Source of the DNA: Octopus bimaculoides
Taxonomy: Eukaryota
Direction of reading: 5' to 3'
Assembly: GCF_001194135.2 (NCBI RefSeq)
Contig: NC_068981.1
Location: forward strand, 132,501,279 to 132,540,609
Length of the DNA stretch: 39,331 nt
The stretch's first letter is position 1. Each line of letters begins with the position of its first letter. A program made the position numbers and the translations under genes. The notes under the pieces were generated by a model, which made no database searches, had not been told where the DNA came from, and saw only the letters and a list, made by a program, of their open reading frames with translations. This document shows, piece after piece, positions 12,171 to 23,204 of this stretch.

Positions 12171-12199
12171 TGTGTGTGGGTGTATATTATAAAATCTGG

Positions 12200-12621
12200 T
12201 AATTAGTCATATATTAATTAATATCGAATAATTATCAGGAGGCCAGCACAACTAAAGAATCAAAGAGATTCAGAAATATTATCTGCAATCTCAGGGCATT
12301 AAGGTACATTTTAAAAAATAACGTCGACCACTAATGTGGACAGTTAATGCGCTAGAAATAGATCACATCTTGTGTCTATTAAGACCTAAATTGTTCTCAA
12401 CATGAAATATAGCAGCATACAAATCAGGCTGATGAGGAATAGACAAATGGTAAGAATTTGTTAAATCCGAAACTAGTTCCTGCTTAATAATGCTTTTTTA
12501 GGTGATTTTAAATGTCTTGCCCGCTCACGTTTTTGGTATGCTGCTATATTTCATGTTGAGAACAATTTAGGTCTTAATAGACACAAGATGTGATCTATTT
12601 CTAGTGCATTAACTGTCCACG

Positions 12622-12624
<3 letters not shown>
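12200..12624. mobile_element. Rearranged Penelope-like terminal repeat forming an 85-bp foldback
   Basis: Homologous to 34842-35235. Arms 12336-12420 and 12536-12620 are 84/85 complementary. Confidence 0.75.
12425..12482 (+). ncRNA. Minimal type I hammerhead ribozyme motif, intact core
   Basis: CAGG-CUGAUGA-GGA..UCC-GAAAC-UA-GUU-CCUG, with palindromic stem III (ACUAGU). Confidence 0.8.
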
Positions 12625-12675
<51 letters not shown>

Positions 12676-12693
12676 NNNNNNNNNNNNNNNNNN

Positions 12694-12759
<66 letters not shown>

Positions 12760-13077
12760 TGAGAGATATCAAGTTATATTAGTTGTACGGTGCCAGTACA
12801 AGCTGGCTGGTCTTGACTTCACTTATGTGGATACTTTAATAATGATATGAAGTTTATTATATTTGTCTTGAGTCAAAAATTCTGGTACCTTGTACCATTT
12901 CTTAGCATAACACATAATACACATACATTCACACACACACACACAAGGCCAACTACTGACTGAAACACATGAAGTGGCACCTGAGGTCACTCCATGTGCT
13001 CCTCAGCCTATAAATAATGCTTCAAAATACCTTTGAAATTAGATAGTACCATTCATCTTGCCAAACTGATCAAATGA

Positions 13078-13207
13078 GAACCGGTATTAAGGAAGAATAG
13101 GAAAATATTAGATTTATAAGCCCTAAAATTCACTTCATAATCGCCCACGGTCATATGGCATAGTGGTTAAGAGCGCGAGCTACTAACCCCAAGATTTAGT
13201 GACCTGA

Positions 13208-13242
<35 letters not shown>

Positions 13243-13415
13243 GATTGAAAAATACCTTAGGAATGAGAACTCAGGTTCAAAATTTCCCTGAGACACCAGA
13301 TGAAGGCTGGAGAGTATATCAGCCGAAACGTGTTAACAACAAACAAGATGAGGACAAATATCCGTTGAATGTAAATAATGTAAATAATGCACATAATTCC
13401 TCTTAAATATAGAAC
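13078..13415 (+). mobile_element. Penelope-like element 3' end / pseudo-LTR with degenerate hammerhead (13292-13334)
   Basis: Matches the reverse complement of 16050-16370, which follows a GIY-YIG coding region. The hammerhead core reads CAGAUGA (U4A) ..GGCUG/CAGCC-GAAAC. Confidence 0.85.
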
Positions 13416-13650
13416 TAAAAGAAGCTTGTTGTGTATATATGTGTGTGTGTGTGTGTCTGTGTTAGTCCCCCCCACTATCGCCTGATAACTGATGCTGATG
13501 TGTTTATGTACCCGTAACCTAGCAGTTCGGCAAAAGAGACTGATAGAATAAGTACTAGGCTTACAAAGAATAAGTCCTGGGGTTGATTTGTTCAACTAAA
13601 GGTGGTGCTCCAGCATGGTTGCAATCAAATGACTGAAACAAGTAAAAGAA
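13413..13650 (+). mobile_element. CORE-type SINE, 3' half
   Basis: Aligns by eye to 9860-10100. Confidence 0.85.
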
Positions 13651-14087
13651 AAAAAAAACAATAAAAGAATATATATATATATATATATATATANNNNNNN
13701 NNNNNNNNNNNNNNNNNNNNNNNNNNNNNNNNNNNNNNNNNNNNNNNNNNNNNNNNNNNNNNNNNNNNNNNNNNNNNNNNNNNNNNNNNNNNNNNNNNNN
13801 NNNNNNNNNNNNNNNNNNNNNNNNNNNNNNNNNNNNNNNNNNNNNNNNNNNNNNNNNNNNNNNNNNNNNNNNNNNNNNNNNNNNNNNNNNNNNNNNNNNN
13901 NNNNNNNNNNNNNNNNNNNNNNNNNNNNNNNNNNNNNNNNNNNNNNNNNNNNNNNNNNNNNNNNNNNNNNNNNNNNNNNNNNNNNNNNNNNNNNNNNNNN
14001 NNNNNNNNNNNNNNNNNNNNNNNNNNNNNNNNNNNNNNNNNNNNNNNNNNNNNNNNNNNNNNNNNNNNNNNNNNNNNNNNNNNNNNN

Positions 14088-14140
<53 letters not shown>

Positions 14141-14345
14141 GATTATATGTATTTATTTTCTCTTAGTTAACAATTAACACTGAGAAAATAAATTGGTTAA
14201 CAGATACCTGGGTAGCAAATCTCACAAAATAATATTGGTGTGACTCCTGTTTACAAGGTAGAAACTCCCTGTTAGATTGAGGTATTTTGAATAAATATAA
14301 AATATAATAAATGGAGTTATACACATGTGTTAAATGATTTCTTTT

Positions 14346-14436
14346 ATTTCAGACATATGTTTCAAAGATTTATAATTGGTACATTCCAAAGGAATGAGTG
14401 ATGTTGATAAAGATGTAATCTTCTCTTCAGGGAAAT
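14346..14436 (-). ncRNA. Type I hammerhead ribozyme motif, intact core
   Basis: Minus strand: AUUUCC-CUGAAGA-GAAGAUU...AAUCUUU-GAAAC-AUAU-GUC-UGAAAU. Palindromic stem III ACAUAUGU; one mismatch at the first stem I pair. Confidence 0.7.
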
Positions 14437-14725
14437 TCATAAGAACCAACTTAACCGTAAGACATTATTACCAAATGTGACAACTGCGAGTAGACAAGAT
14501 TGCTACATATCTTATTTGAAAAAAACCATTGGAAAATGCAACGCTACGAGACAGTATGTTGGGTGAGAAAGGAAGAAAAGATGGGAAAAAGAGAAAATTA
14601 GAATCTGGAATGGAAAGTAAATAAAAAGATTCTAGACCAAATTAAAAGTGAGAGAAAAATATTTTATGTGTAATGGAAATGCAAAAGGGAAATAATCTTG
14701 TATTTATACTTGTAATGTTGACATA

Positions 14726-14820
<95 letters not shown>

Positions 14821-14962
14821 GATGAACGTATATAAATAACATTGCTTTTACCTTTATTACCATACGTTCATCGTATGGTGCAAGAGGGTGCTGAAAAACC
14901 ACAACATCCTAACTACTGAGCTATGGACTTTCACTATGAGGGCATCCCTGTATCACACTTAA

Positions 14963-15236
14963 AGTATATACACTGTTGATAGGCTAGTTACTGTGATATT
15001 TGTCCTGAGATAACATCTTTATGGATGTACTATCATCTGAGCATGTGACTAGCAGCAAGTATGTACCACTGAAAAAGCCCCATATAGCTTAAATACACCT
15101 GGCATTCTCCCTGGCTACTGCTAGGGTGGATTTTTGTCTCCCTCCAATAATTATTGTTTCTAATACAGTTTGTCCATAAGAGATGTTATGTCAGGATAAA
15201 TGCTGCTGTAACTGGCCCATCAACAGTGTATATCCC
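14963..15236. mobile_element. 274-bp MITE with about 63-bp imperfect TIRs, TTAA/TTAG flanks (Kolobok- or piggyBac-like)
   Basis: Left end TTAA|AGTATATACACTGTTGATAGGCTAGTTAC versus right-end reverse complement CTAA|GGGATATACACTGTTGATGGGCCAGTTAC. Confidence 0.7.
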
Positions 15237-16049
15237 TTAGGTATGATATACAGATGTATATCCTTAGCTATCAAATTTTTACTGCCAGCATACTTCAACA
15301 CATTCAGTACCGCTCCTGTCACTACAAACACTACTTCCATTACCACTGCCACCATCAGCACCACTACCAACACCTCCGCAAAAACCAGCAATTATTATGA
15401 ACCAACAAAGCATTATTTACAAGGCTGAGAAATAGCAACCGTTTTCTTTGAAATTGTTCCCTACTCCCTAAAAGTTTGGGAAAGTCACTTGAAGGTCTTA
15501 TTATAGCATTCAAACTATAACCAGTCACAGCTGAGCTGGGACTAATCAACCATGGCAACAACAGATGTTAATTACAGGACAAAATTTGACAGGTGCATTT
15601 CAATAAGTTTCTTCCTTCAATTACAGTGTAACAGGTATGATACAAAATATTTGAAACAAATTAAAAATATATACAAATAATCTATGTGGGATAGTGCAAT
15701 GTATTTGAAGAGTGCTGAACCAATGAATTAGCTATGCTTGCAAACACTGAAATGAAAAACAGTCAGCAAGTCTGCACTTTTTGCAATTAAGGAAAACCAT
15801 CTTTGTGAGTGTGTATGGAAAAGTATTTGGGTACAATGTGAGATACATGTAGATATTCTATATGTAAGAAGAGTCTTAGAGTCAAAAGTCAACTTCAAAC
15901 CTGCACACATACATACATACATACATATTTATTTACACACATACACGTTTTCTACTTCACAATTTTAGATTGTTAAAATCCCATTGTTTTATATACATTT
16001 ATAACATTGATGAACAAAAAATTGTTGAGACTAGTTTGCTATGATACAG

Positions 16050-17025
16050 TTCTATATTTAAGAGATGAGGAATTATGTACATTATTTACATTCGACGGAT
16101 ATTTGTCCTCATCTTGTTTGTTGTTAAAACAATGTTTCGGCTGATATACCCTCCAGCCTTCTTCAAGTGTCTTGGGGGAAATTTCGAACCTGGGTTCTCA
16201 TTCCTAAGGTATTTTTTGATGTTATTATTATTGTTGTTCGGGTCACTGCTTGGAATCTTAGGGTTAGTAGCCCACGCTCTTAACCACTATGCCATATGCC
16301 AGTGGACAATTATGGAGTGAATTTTAGGGCTTATAAATCTAATATTTTTCTATCCTTCCTTAATGCCGGTTTCCATATGCTGTTCATATCTGTACTTGGT
16401 CTACTTAGGAGGTTGAAGTGTCCTAGCATATGTGCTGCTTCTTTTAGTTTCCATATTTTCGAGTGGTGTTCTCTGTCTATTATTTTAACTTATCCCACAG
16501 GGAGAGGTGGTCTCCATTTTTCCATACATAATCAGCTATACTCGGTTTATCAATATCTCCTCATGTCACAGCTTTGCGATGTTTGTCTACCCTTATTTTG
16601 AGGGGGTGGCCTGTTTTGCCTTTGTATAACCTACCACAGCTGCATGGGATGGAGTGCACGCAGTTTTTTGTCATATTCTCTTCTATTGGTGGTTTTACTC
16701 GAAGGAGATATTTGCAAAATGTTGTATTACTCTTGAATACTGTCCTGATGTCATATGGGCCGCATATCTTTTGTATCTTTACAGAGAGGCTTTCACATAG
16801 GGTAGACAGATTGTGGACAGTTTTTTGGCCTCATCCTCTCTCTTCTTCATAATTGGAGTGGGTAGTATACTTTTGGGGTAATTGTTGCTTAACAGATCGT
16901 TACTGAGCTTGATCATTTCTTCATGGTGTGTATCACGATTGCTACTTATATTCTTTGCACAATATTTTAGGCACTGAGCAATCCCTCTCTTTACACTGTA
17001 TGGATGGTGGGAATTGAATTCAATG
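16050..17025 (-). mobile_element. Penelope-like retroelement fragment: RT C-terminus, GIY-YIG endonuclease and pseudo-LTR
   Basis: EFNSHHPYSVKRGI..NNYPKSIL..ICLPYVK (ORF 16779-17051) followed by VHSIPCSCGRLYKGKTGHPLKIR (about 16590-16660). Degenerate hammerhead at 16126-16171 (core UUGAAGA). Confidence 0.9.
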
Positions 17026-17224
17026 TCACCAGACCCTATCCACATGTACACATTTACACACTCTCACATACACACACACACCTTCGTTTTGGGATCACCA
17101 ATACTTTATTATCTCCCCTTCTTCCTAGCTCTCCTGTGTAACTACCTTTGTCCAGCCAGCTGTCATGATTGAGTGCTAGCTTCAAAAGTTTTTTTATTCT
17201 CTCTCTGTTTATTTCCTCACATTC

Positions 17225-17260
17225 CTTTCTGTTGAAGAGCGTAGGCTTGAAATGTAAAAG
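17225..17260 (+). ncRNA. Hammerhead-like motif, variant core (CUGUUGA)
   Basis: CUUU-CUGUUGA-A-GAGC-GUAG-GCUU-GAAAU-GUA-AAAG. All three stems can form; core A6 is replaced by U. Confidence 0.5.
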
Positions 17261-17421
17261 ATTTTCTCACCGTCCCGAGCATTAAACTAATACACCTGTT
17301 TGTTGTTTATATACCTGTCTTCGTCTTTTGTTTTTCTGTAAATTTCAACCATACATACATGCATATACACACACATATATACATATATAATATACATACA
17401 TATTTATATGTATGTGTGGTC

Positions 17422-17640
17422 CATTGGGCAAGTGTCTTCTATGATTGCTTTGGGCTGACTAAAGCCTTGTGAGTGGACTTAGTAGACAGAAACTGAAAGA
17501 AACCTGAAGTAGATGTGTGTGTCGCCTTGTCTTGACATTGCATGATAGTTGTAAATGAGTGTCACTGTCATACAAGCAGGGTTATTTTATTGCAAACAAT
17601 ATTCCGTGTAAGCATATTCTGGCTATAGGAAAATAATAGG
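17422..17640 (+). mobile_element. CORE-type SINE fragment
   Basis: TTGGGCAAGTGTCTTCTA..AAAGCCTTGTGAGTGGA..GAAACTGAAAGAA. Confidence 0.8.
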
Positions 17641-17919
17641 TTGCTTGAATACATCATGTGTTTACATTCTTATTTAACTTACAGTGAGGCTTTAGAGTAT
17701 TTAAATACATGTGTATGTGTGTGCGTACACACATACTTTAATTTATTCTTTTTTAACATTGGCACAAGGCCACAAATTTGTGAAAGAGAGGATATGTTAA
17801 TAGTCTGCTGAAGTGAACAGGTATGTGCTATCAAGTAATATTCCTTTGCGAGTGACGGCTATGGTTTAAATATATATGTGTACATGTGTGTGTGTGAGTG
17901 TGGTTACACAAGAAAAATG

Positions 17920-18011
17920 TTGATAGTGACTTTGAAATTTTGACTTACTTGCCATTCTCAGACAACTGTCTGGCATTGGCAAGTAAGGTAAAACTTCAGA
18001 GTCACTGTCAA
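17920..18011. repeat. 92-nt hairpin (inverted repeat)
   Basis: 17921-17941 pairs with 17990-18010 (20/21 including G-U), 17945-17954 with 17977-17986 (10/10) and 17959-17964 with 17967-17972. Confidence 0.85.
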
Positions 18012-18025
18012 AAACTTTCATTGTG

Positions 18026-18455
18026 AGACATAGGTGTGACTGTGTGGTACGAAGCTTGTTTCACAACCACATGGTTCTGGGTTCAATCCCCCTGTGTGGC
18101 ACCTTGGGCAGGTGTCTTCTACTATAGCCTCAGGCTGACTAAAACCTTGTGAGTGGATTTAGTAGACGGAAACTGAAAGAAGACCATCATATGTGTGTGT
18201 GTCTTTGTGTTGCTATCCTCCACCACTGCCTAACAAATGGTGTTAGTATGCTTATATCATGTAACCTAGCAGTTACATGATATATCATGTAACTACATGA
18301 TAGATCAATATAAATACATGATAGATCAATAGAATAAGTATCAAACTTAAAAAAAAAAAAAAGTACTGGTGTCAATTTATTTGACCAAAAATTCTTCAAG
18401 GCAGTGCCTCAACAGGGCCACAATCTAATGAACGATACAAGCAAAAGATAAAAAG
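18026..18455 (+). mobile_element. CORE-type SINE
   Basis: Head, CORE and tail align to 9716-10116. Confidence 0.85.
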
Positions 18456-18521
18456 AGTATTGAGTAATCATGCCATCTGATGTTCAACTGTTTCCATAAA
18501 TATGACTTTACATAACAGATA

Positions 18522-18555
<34 letters not shown>

Positions 18556-18586
18556 AAGGTAAAGGTTAATTAGTGTAGTTACCAAT

Positions 18587-19215
18587 TGTAACGGGTAAGA
18601 TTGATTAGGTATACAATATTATGAAATGTCGGAGTCAGCAGTTGTAATGATAAAAATTTGTTGTTTGTTTCCTCTTCATTGTTTAGTAGTAATTACAGAG
18701 AGAGATAGAATGATGTTGTAAGAGAACAGAATTAGAGCTAGTGAAAGTTGTAGGGTTGTGGGACGTTGTCTCACAGTTGCTGACAGTAAATTTCATTTCT
18801 CTCGCTGACCATTGTCTTAGTAGTTGCATTCCTTGTGATCATGATTATAGCAGTCCGTTCCCTAACTAATAGAGTTGTCACGAGCCGCCTCACTCCGTTG
18901 TCGCCAAGTGACTGACTGATTTTTGCTTGGGGTGTTCTTGCTTTTATAACTATCCAGAAGGATAGACATATCATTGAGAACAATAGATTTAGTTGGTGGT
19001 CTTGTTATTTCTATTCTAGCTTTTGGTGAAGTAGAAGAGGTTAGAAAGGGTCAAGTGGTGAAGACATTATTTCGGCCTAGCTAAAGGCATCTGGAAAATG
19101 TAAAACTGCTGTCAGAGAAAAACCATTGTTCCACCGTGGGAAGTTCTGTTGCACTGTTAATTTAAATTTGGCTATGGTGGATCGAATCCACTTCATGCAT
19201 GTAAGATCCACTACA
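18587..19215 (-). mobile_element. Probable solo LTR
   Basis: TGTAAC..ACTACA termini (TG..CA, short TIR), about 630 bp, TATAAAA on the minus strand at about 18942-18948. The TSD is only partial (CCAAT/TCTAT). Confidence 0.45.
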
Positions 19216-19248
19216 TCTATATATATATATATATATATNNNNNNNNNN

Positions 19249-19291
<43 letters not shown>

Positions 19292-19508
19292 ATGTGTGTG
19301 TGTAGCATAGTTTTGCAGATTGTTTTATGTGTCTATATAGTCATGAAGGGACATAGACACAGTCTTGACCCTTTCAGCCTCTATGTAATCATAGACACAG
19401 TCTTAACCCTTTCATTCTTGGCCCTGCAGAACATTAACCTTTTTGATACCAACCTGCCTATGACTGCTCCTGGTTGTATGATACAGCTTCTTATTGTAAA
19501 GTGATCTA

Positions 19509-20177
19509 TGCGCGTGGGCTGAAAAGTTCATAGGTTGACTATGAAGGAGTGATAAGCTGTTTAATCACCTTCCCTATTCTGCTGATTAAGCCCCATCTGA
19601 CTATCATCTGTTCCTCAAGATGAAGAAACACTTGGCTGGGAACCAGTATCACAGGGATGATGACATCATATTTACTGCATATAGCTTTTTTGAGCAACAG
19701 AATGAAAGCTTTTTTATCAGTGGGATCCAAGCACTGAAACACGGCTGGAAGAAGTGTGTGGGCTGCAAGGGAGACTATGTCGAAAAATAAAGCTCATGCC
19801 GGTGGCACATAAAAAAGCACAATTCGAGTGTGTCTGATGCCAGTGCTACCTGACTGGCACCCATTCCAGTGGCATGTAGAAAGCACCATTTGAGTGTGGT
19901 TGATGCCAGTGCCACCTGACCAGCTCCTGTGCTGGTGGCACATAAAAAGCATCTGCTGCACTCTCAGAGTGGTTGGCATTAGGAAGGGTATCCAGCTGTA
20001 GAAACCTTGCCAGATCAGATTGGAGCCTGGTGCAGCCTCATGGCTTGCCAGTCCTCAGTCAAGCCATCCAACCCAGGCCAGCATGGAAAGTAGACATTAA
20101 ACGATGATGATGATGATGATGATGATTCCATGAGAGTATCTTGGTCAATTTATGTAATACTTTTTAGCTGACCCTTG
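19509..20177 (+). mobile_element. Internally deleted mariner transposon
   Basis: 5' TIR-like GTGGGCTGAAAAGTTCATAGG joined to the transposase C-terminus HLPYSAD*APSDYHLF..GIQALKHGWKKCV..KGDYVEK* (about 19560-19790; mariner YSPDLAPxD motif). 3' TIR-like TTTTTAGCTGACCCTTG; TA/AA flanks. Confidence 0.85.
19795..20124 (+). mobile_element. RTE-type 3' end with 66-bp tandem repeats, nested in the mariner
   Basis: Aligns to 24600-24990. Repeat phase 19852/19918; (GAT)n tail. Confidence 0.85.
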
Positions 20178-22247
20178 AAGATTAAAACCTCTCAAAATTA
20201 TATGAAAATTTATGTTCCAAACACCAGTTTAATAATAACAAAATCATTTTCTAAATTCTTTATTATATTCAGAATTAAGTGGAACAAAAATAGTGTATTT
20301 CAACAGAAACAAAAGGGTACACTAGCATTCCTTAAGTACTCATTTTTGGTAAGTAAACTGGAGGAACATGAATTGAAATGCTTTGGTTAGGGACACATTA
20401 AACTATCTGGTCCAGGAATTGAACCTATGACCTTATGATCATGAAAAAACCATGTAGTTGAGAAGCAAACTTCTTACTACACAGCCACACCTAATATATT
20501 CCTTTACACAAGTGAACATCAAATCTGAAACATCATGTGACTTGGGTGCATGAGATAACATTGCAGCTTGTGTATGAAACTGCAGCATAGTTTGTACATT
20601 GTCATGCAAGCTTTAGTTAAGTCTGGGTATGACTATAAACTACATCTGGTAGCGGGACCCTGGGACTCTGGTTTTAGGGTATGAGGAGTGTGGAACCACC
20701 TCTTAGCCACTATTGTTCCCAGGTTTACTCTGGCTTGGAGTGGCAGCACCTGTAAGTGTCCCAGCTCTGGGTTAACTAGCAACCAACCCCTTGCAACTGG
20801 GGTGGGGGATATCAGTAGGATGCAGTTGCTGTATTCCTTGCATGGTGTGAGAGGCGACTAAAAGGGGCAGGAGTGAGGGGACTGGGAATTCTCTCCTAGT
20901 AAATCCATATTCCTAAAAAGACAGCAAGAAAAAAAAAATGTGCTAGGAAATGAATGGAATACCTGGTGTGTGTCTTGTTGTGGCTACCCCCTCCTAAAAA
21001 TATCAGGAATAGGCCTGGGTATATGTATATGTATGTGTTAGCAGATTTAAGATAAGAATGAGATGATTGGATATGTGTGTTTGGATGTTGATGATTTGGC
21101 TGTTATTTTCAGTAGATTAAGTAACCATATATCCTCTGTCGGTTTCTGTAGGTCATTTCACTAACCCTATAGTTTATGAGTGGAGAACAATGGCTCTCTG
21201 TGGGTCACTTTCAAAAGAGTCCACATTTACCTTCAAGCAGTAATCTGCATTGAAGAATTTCCTCACCACAACCTTCACCACCACCATAAATTCAGTAAAT
21301 AGATATTGCAAATATTAGGGGTCACTTTCATTTTTACAATTTCCTATAGATTCTAGAGAATTTCTTACTGTTACAAAGAATTCTGAAGGACAAAGTTGAT
21401 GCGTTTTTTCTTAATAGTATGCTACCCTCTATCTTCTGCATCCTTGTTGTAATTCCGCCGTTTCTTTGAGATATATTATTCGTGAGATGGTGTGCAGTAC
21501 AGCAAGTCTCCTACAGGTTTATATTGTGTTCTATAAATACAGACAGTGAAAACTATTTTACAACAAACAAGGTGGTAGACATATTTGTTTGTACAAGCTT
21601 ATGTTCTTTTCTTCAATTTTTATATGTTAATGTATGCATTCAGTAAACTGTACAAATATACAAAGATAAATGTATAGTGAATATTTTAGACTAGGAATGA
21701 ACGTAATATTAGTATATTGAATCAACTACAAAAATAGTAGCAACAGGTATTTTATGGAGCCAAGTTTGAGTAATTAAAGGTAAAATTATCATAATTATCA
21801 TAAAATTATCATAATTATCATAAAATTATCATATCATAATTGTCAACAACACAGCTATTTAAATGTACAGAGATGTCCATAAACAATGCAAAACTAAATT
21901 AGTTCTCTTGTTGTTAGAATAGGCCTTTTTCATAATATAAAAAAAAGATACATTTTATACAAATTACACAAGCACACCCATAAATCTATCTCTTTCAATA
22001 TATACATAAATGTAGATGTATATATGTATGTATTTATGTGTGCTTGCGCATTGCGCATCTCCATTTGTGTACACATATAAAAATGCATACATACCAATAT
22101 ATATATATATATAAAGTAATATAGGTTTCAATGAAAAGGCAACTTTTGAGGTATTGACAATCAAAACAAATTATTTTCCTCAATATATTTTTGGAAAGAA
22201 TCCCTCATACGGAATATACAATATAATATATAATATATAATATATAA

Positions 22248-22434
22248 ACGACAGCGAGCTGGCAGAAATGTTAGCATTCTGGGTAAAATGCTTAGCAGTA
22301 TTTCGTCTGTTCTGAGTTCAAATTCTGCTGAGTTTGACTTTGCCTTTCGGGGTTGATAAATTAAGTACCAGTTGCATACTGGGGTCAATCTAATCAGCTG
22401 CCTCCCTCTCCCCAAATTTCAGGCCTTGTGCCTG
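22248..22434 (+). mobile_element. tRNA-derived SINE, Nin-domain-like (truncated duplicate at 22547-22612)
   Basis: GCGAGCTGGCAGAAATGTTAGC..CTGAGTTCAAATTC..GACTTTGCCTTTCGGGGTTGATAAATTAAGTACC. Confidence 0.85.
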
Positions 22435-23204
22435 AAATGAAAAGGCAACTTTTGAGATATTGACAGTCAAAACAAATTATTTTCCTCAATATATTTTTGG
22501 AAAGAATCCCTCATATGGAATATATAATATAATATATAATACATAAACGGCAGTGAGCTGGCAGAAACGTTAGCATGCTGGGTGAAATGTTAACGTTTAT
22601 GTTTTGAGTTCAAATAGGCTTCAATGAAAAGGCAACTTTTGAGATATTGACAATCAAAACAAATTATTTTCCTCAATATACTAAAAATTTATATAAAATA
22701 TATAAATATAAATATATAAAATACAAAATGCACATTCGTGTGAGATCGTTTGAATCCGTTCAAAAACATAAAAAGGTTGGATGTTAAATGTACACAGTCA
22801 ATGCATTGCAAAATCATAAATATTAAATCATAAGTTTATATATATGTATATATATATCGTTTGTAAAAAACATAAATCCGAAAGAAGGACACTCTAAGAT
22901 GTAGAGCAGTATATATTAAATATGTATATATATTATACATATATATGTGTGTGTGTGTGTCTGTGTCAGTGTGTGAGATAAAAAATATTTTGTTTCAGGA
23001 GAGCTAGCAAATGAATTAGTGTAAGTGGAATATCTTATTTCTTGACGAAAATATTAAATCTGTAAATTAAACTATTCACTTTATAAATATTTAACTTGTG
23101 TAGAGTTCTCTTTAGATTTCTGGTCTTCAGGATCTTTGCTTCAAGAATTTTCACACACACACACACACACATGTTGGGTTTTCATTTATTTGAATCCTTT
23201 CCTG

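Larger units (their letters stand above)
19438..20317. mobile_element. piggyBac-like TTAA MITE split by a nested mariner (halves 19438-19506 and 20180-20317)
   Basis: TTAA|CCTTTTTGATACC left end and AAAAGGG right end. The two halves joined align to the uninterrupted copy at 33802-33998. Confidence 0.7.

Noticed and set aside
15183-15428. Thr-rich plus-strand ORF and Gly/Ser-rich minus-strand frame
   Set aside because: Decayed (ACC/ACT)n triplet repeat overlapping a MITE end, with no convincing splice context.
19060-19105. Minus-strand GCC..GGCC-GAAAT hammerhead-like remnant
   Set aside because: The CUGAnGA core is not recoverable.
20645-20940. GC-richer segment resembling an RTE 5' UTR or SINE
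   Set aside because: No second copy in the window and no diagnostic motif I can verify.
21152-21245. Splice-like signals and short open frames on both strands (also 17800-17826 and 20540-20632)
   Set aside because: No consistent phase or recognisable protein, so they cannot be distinguished from chance without RNA data.
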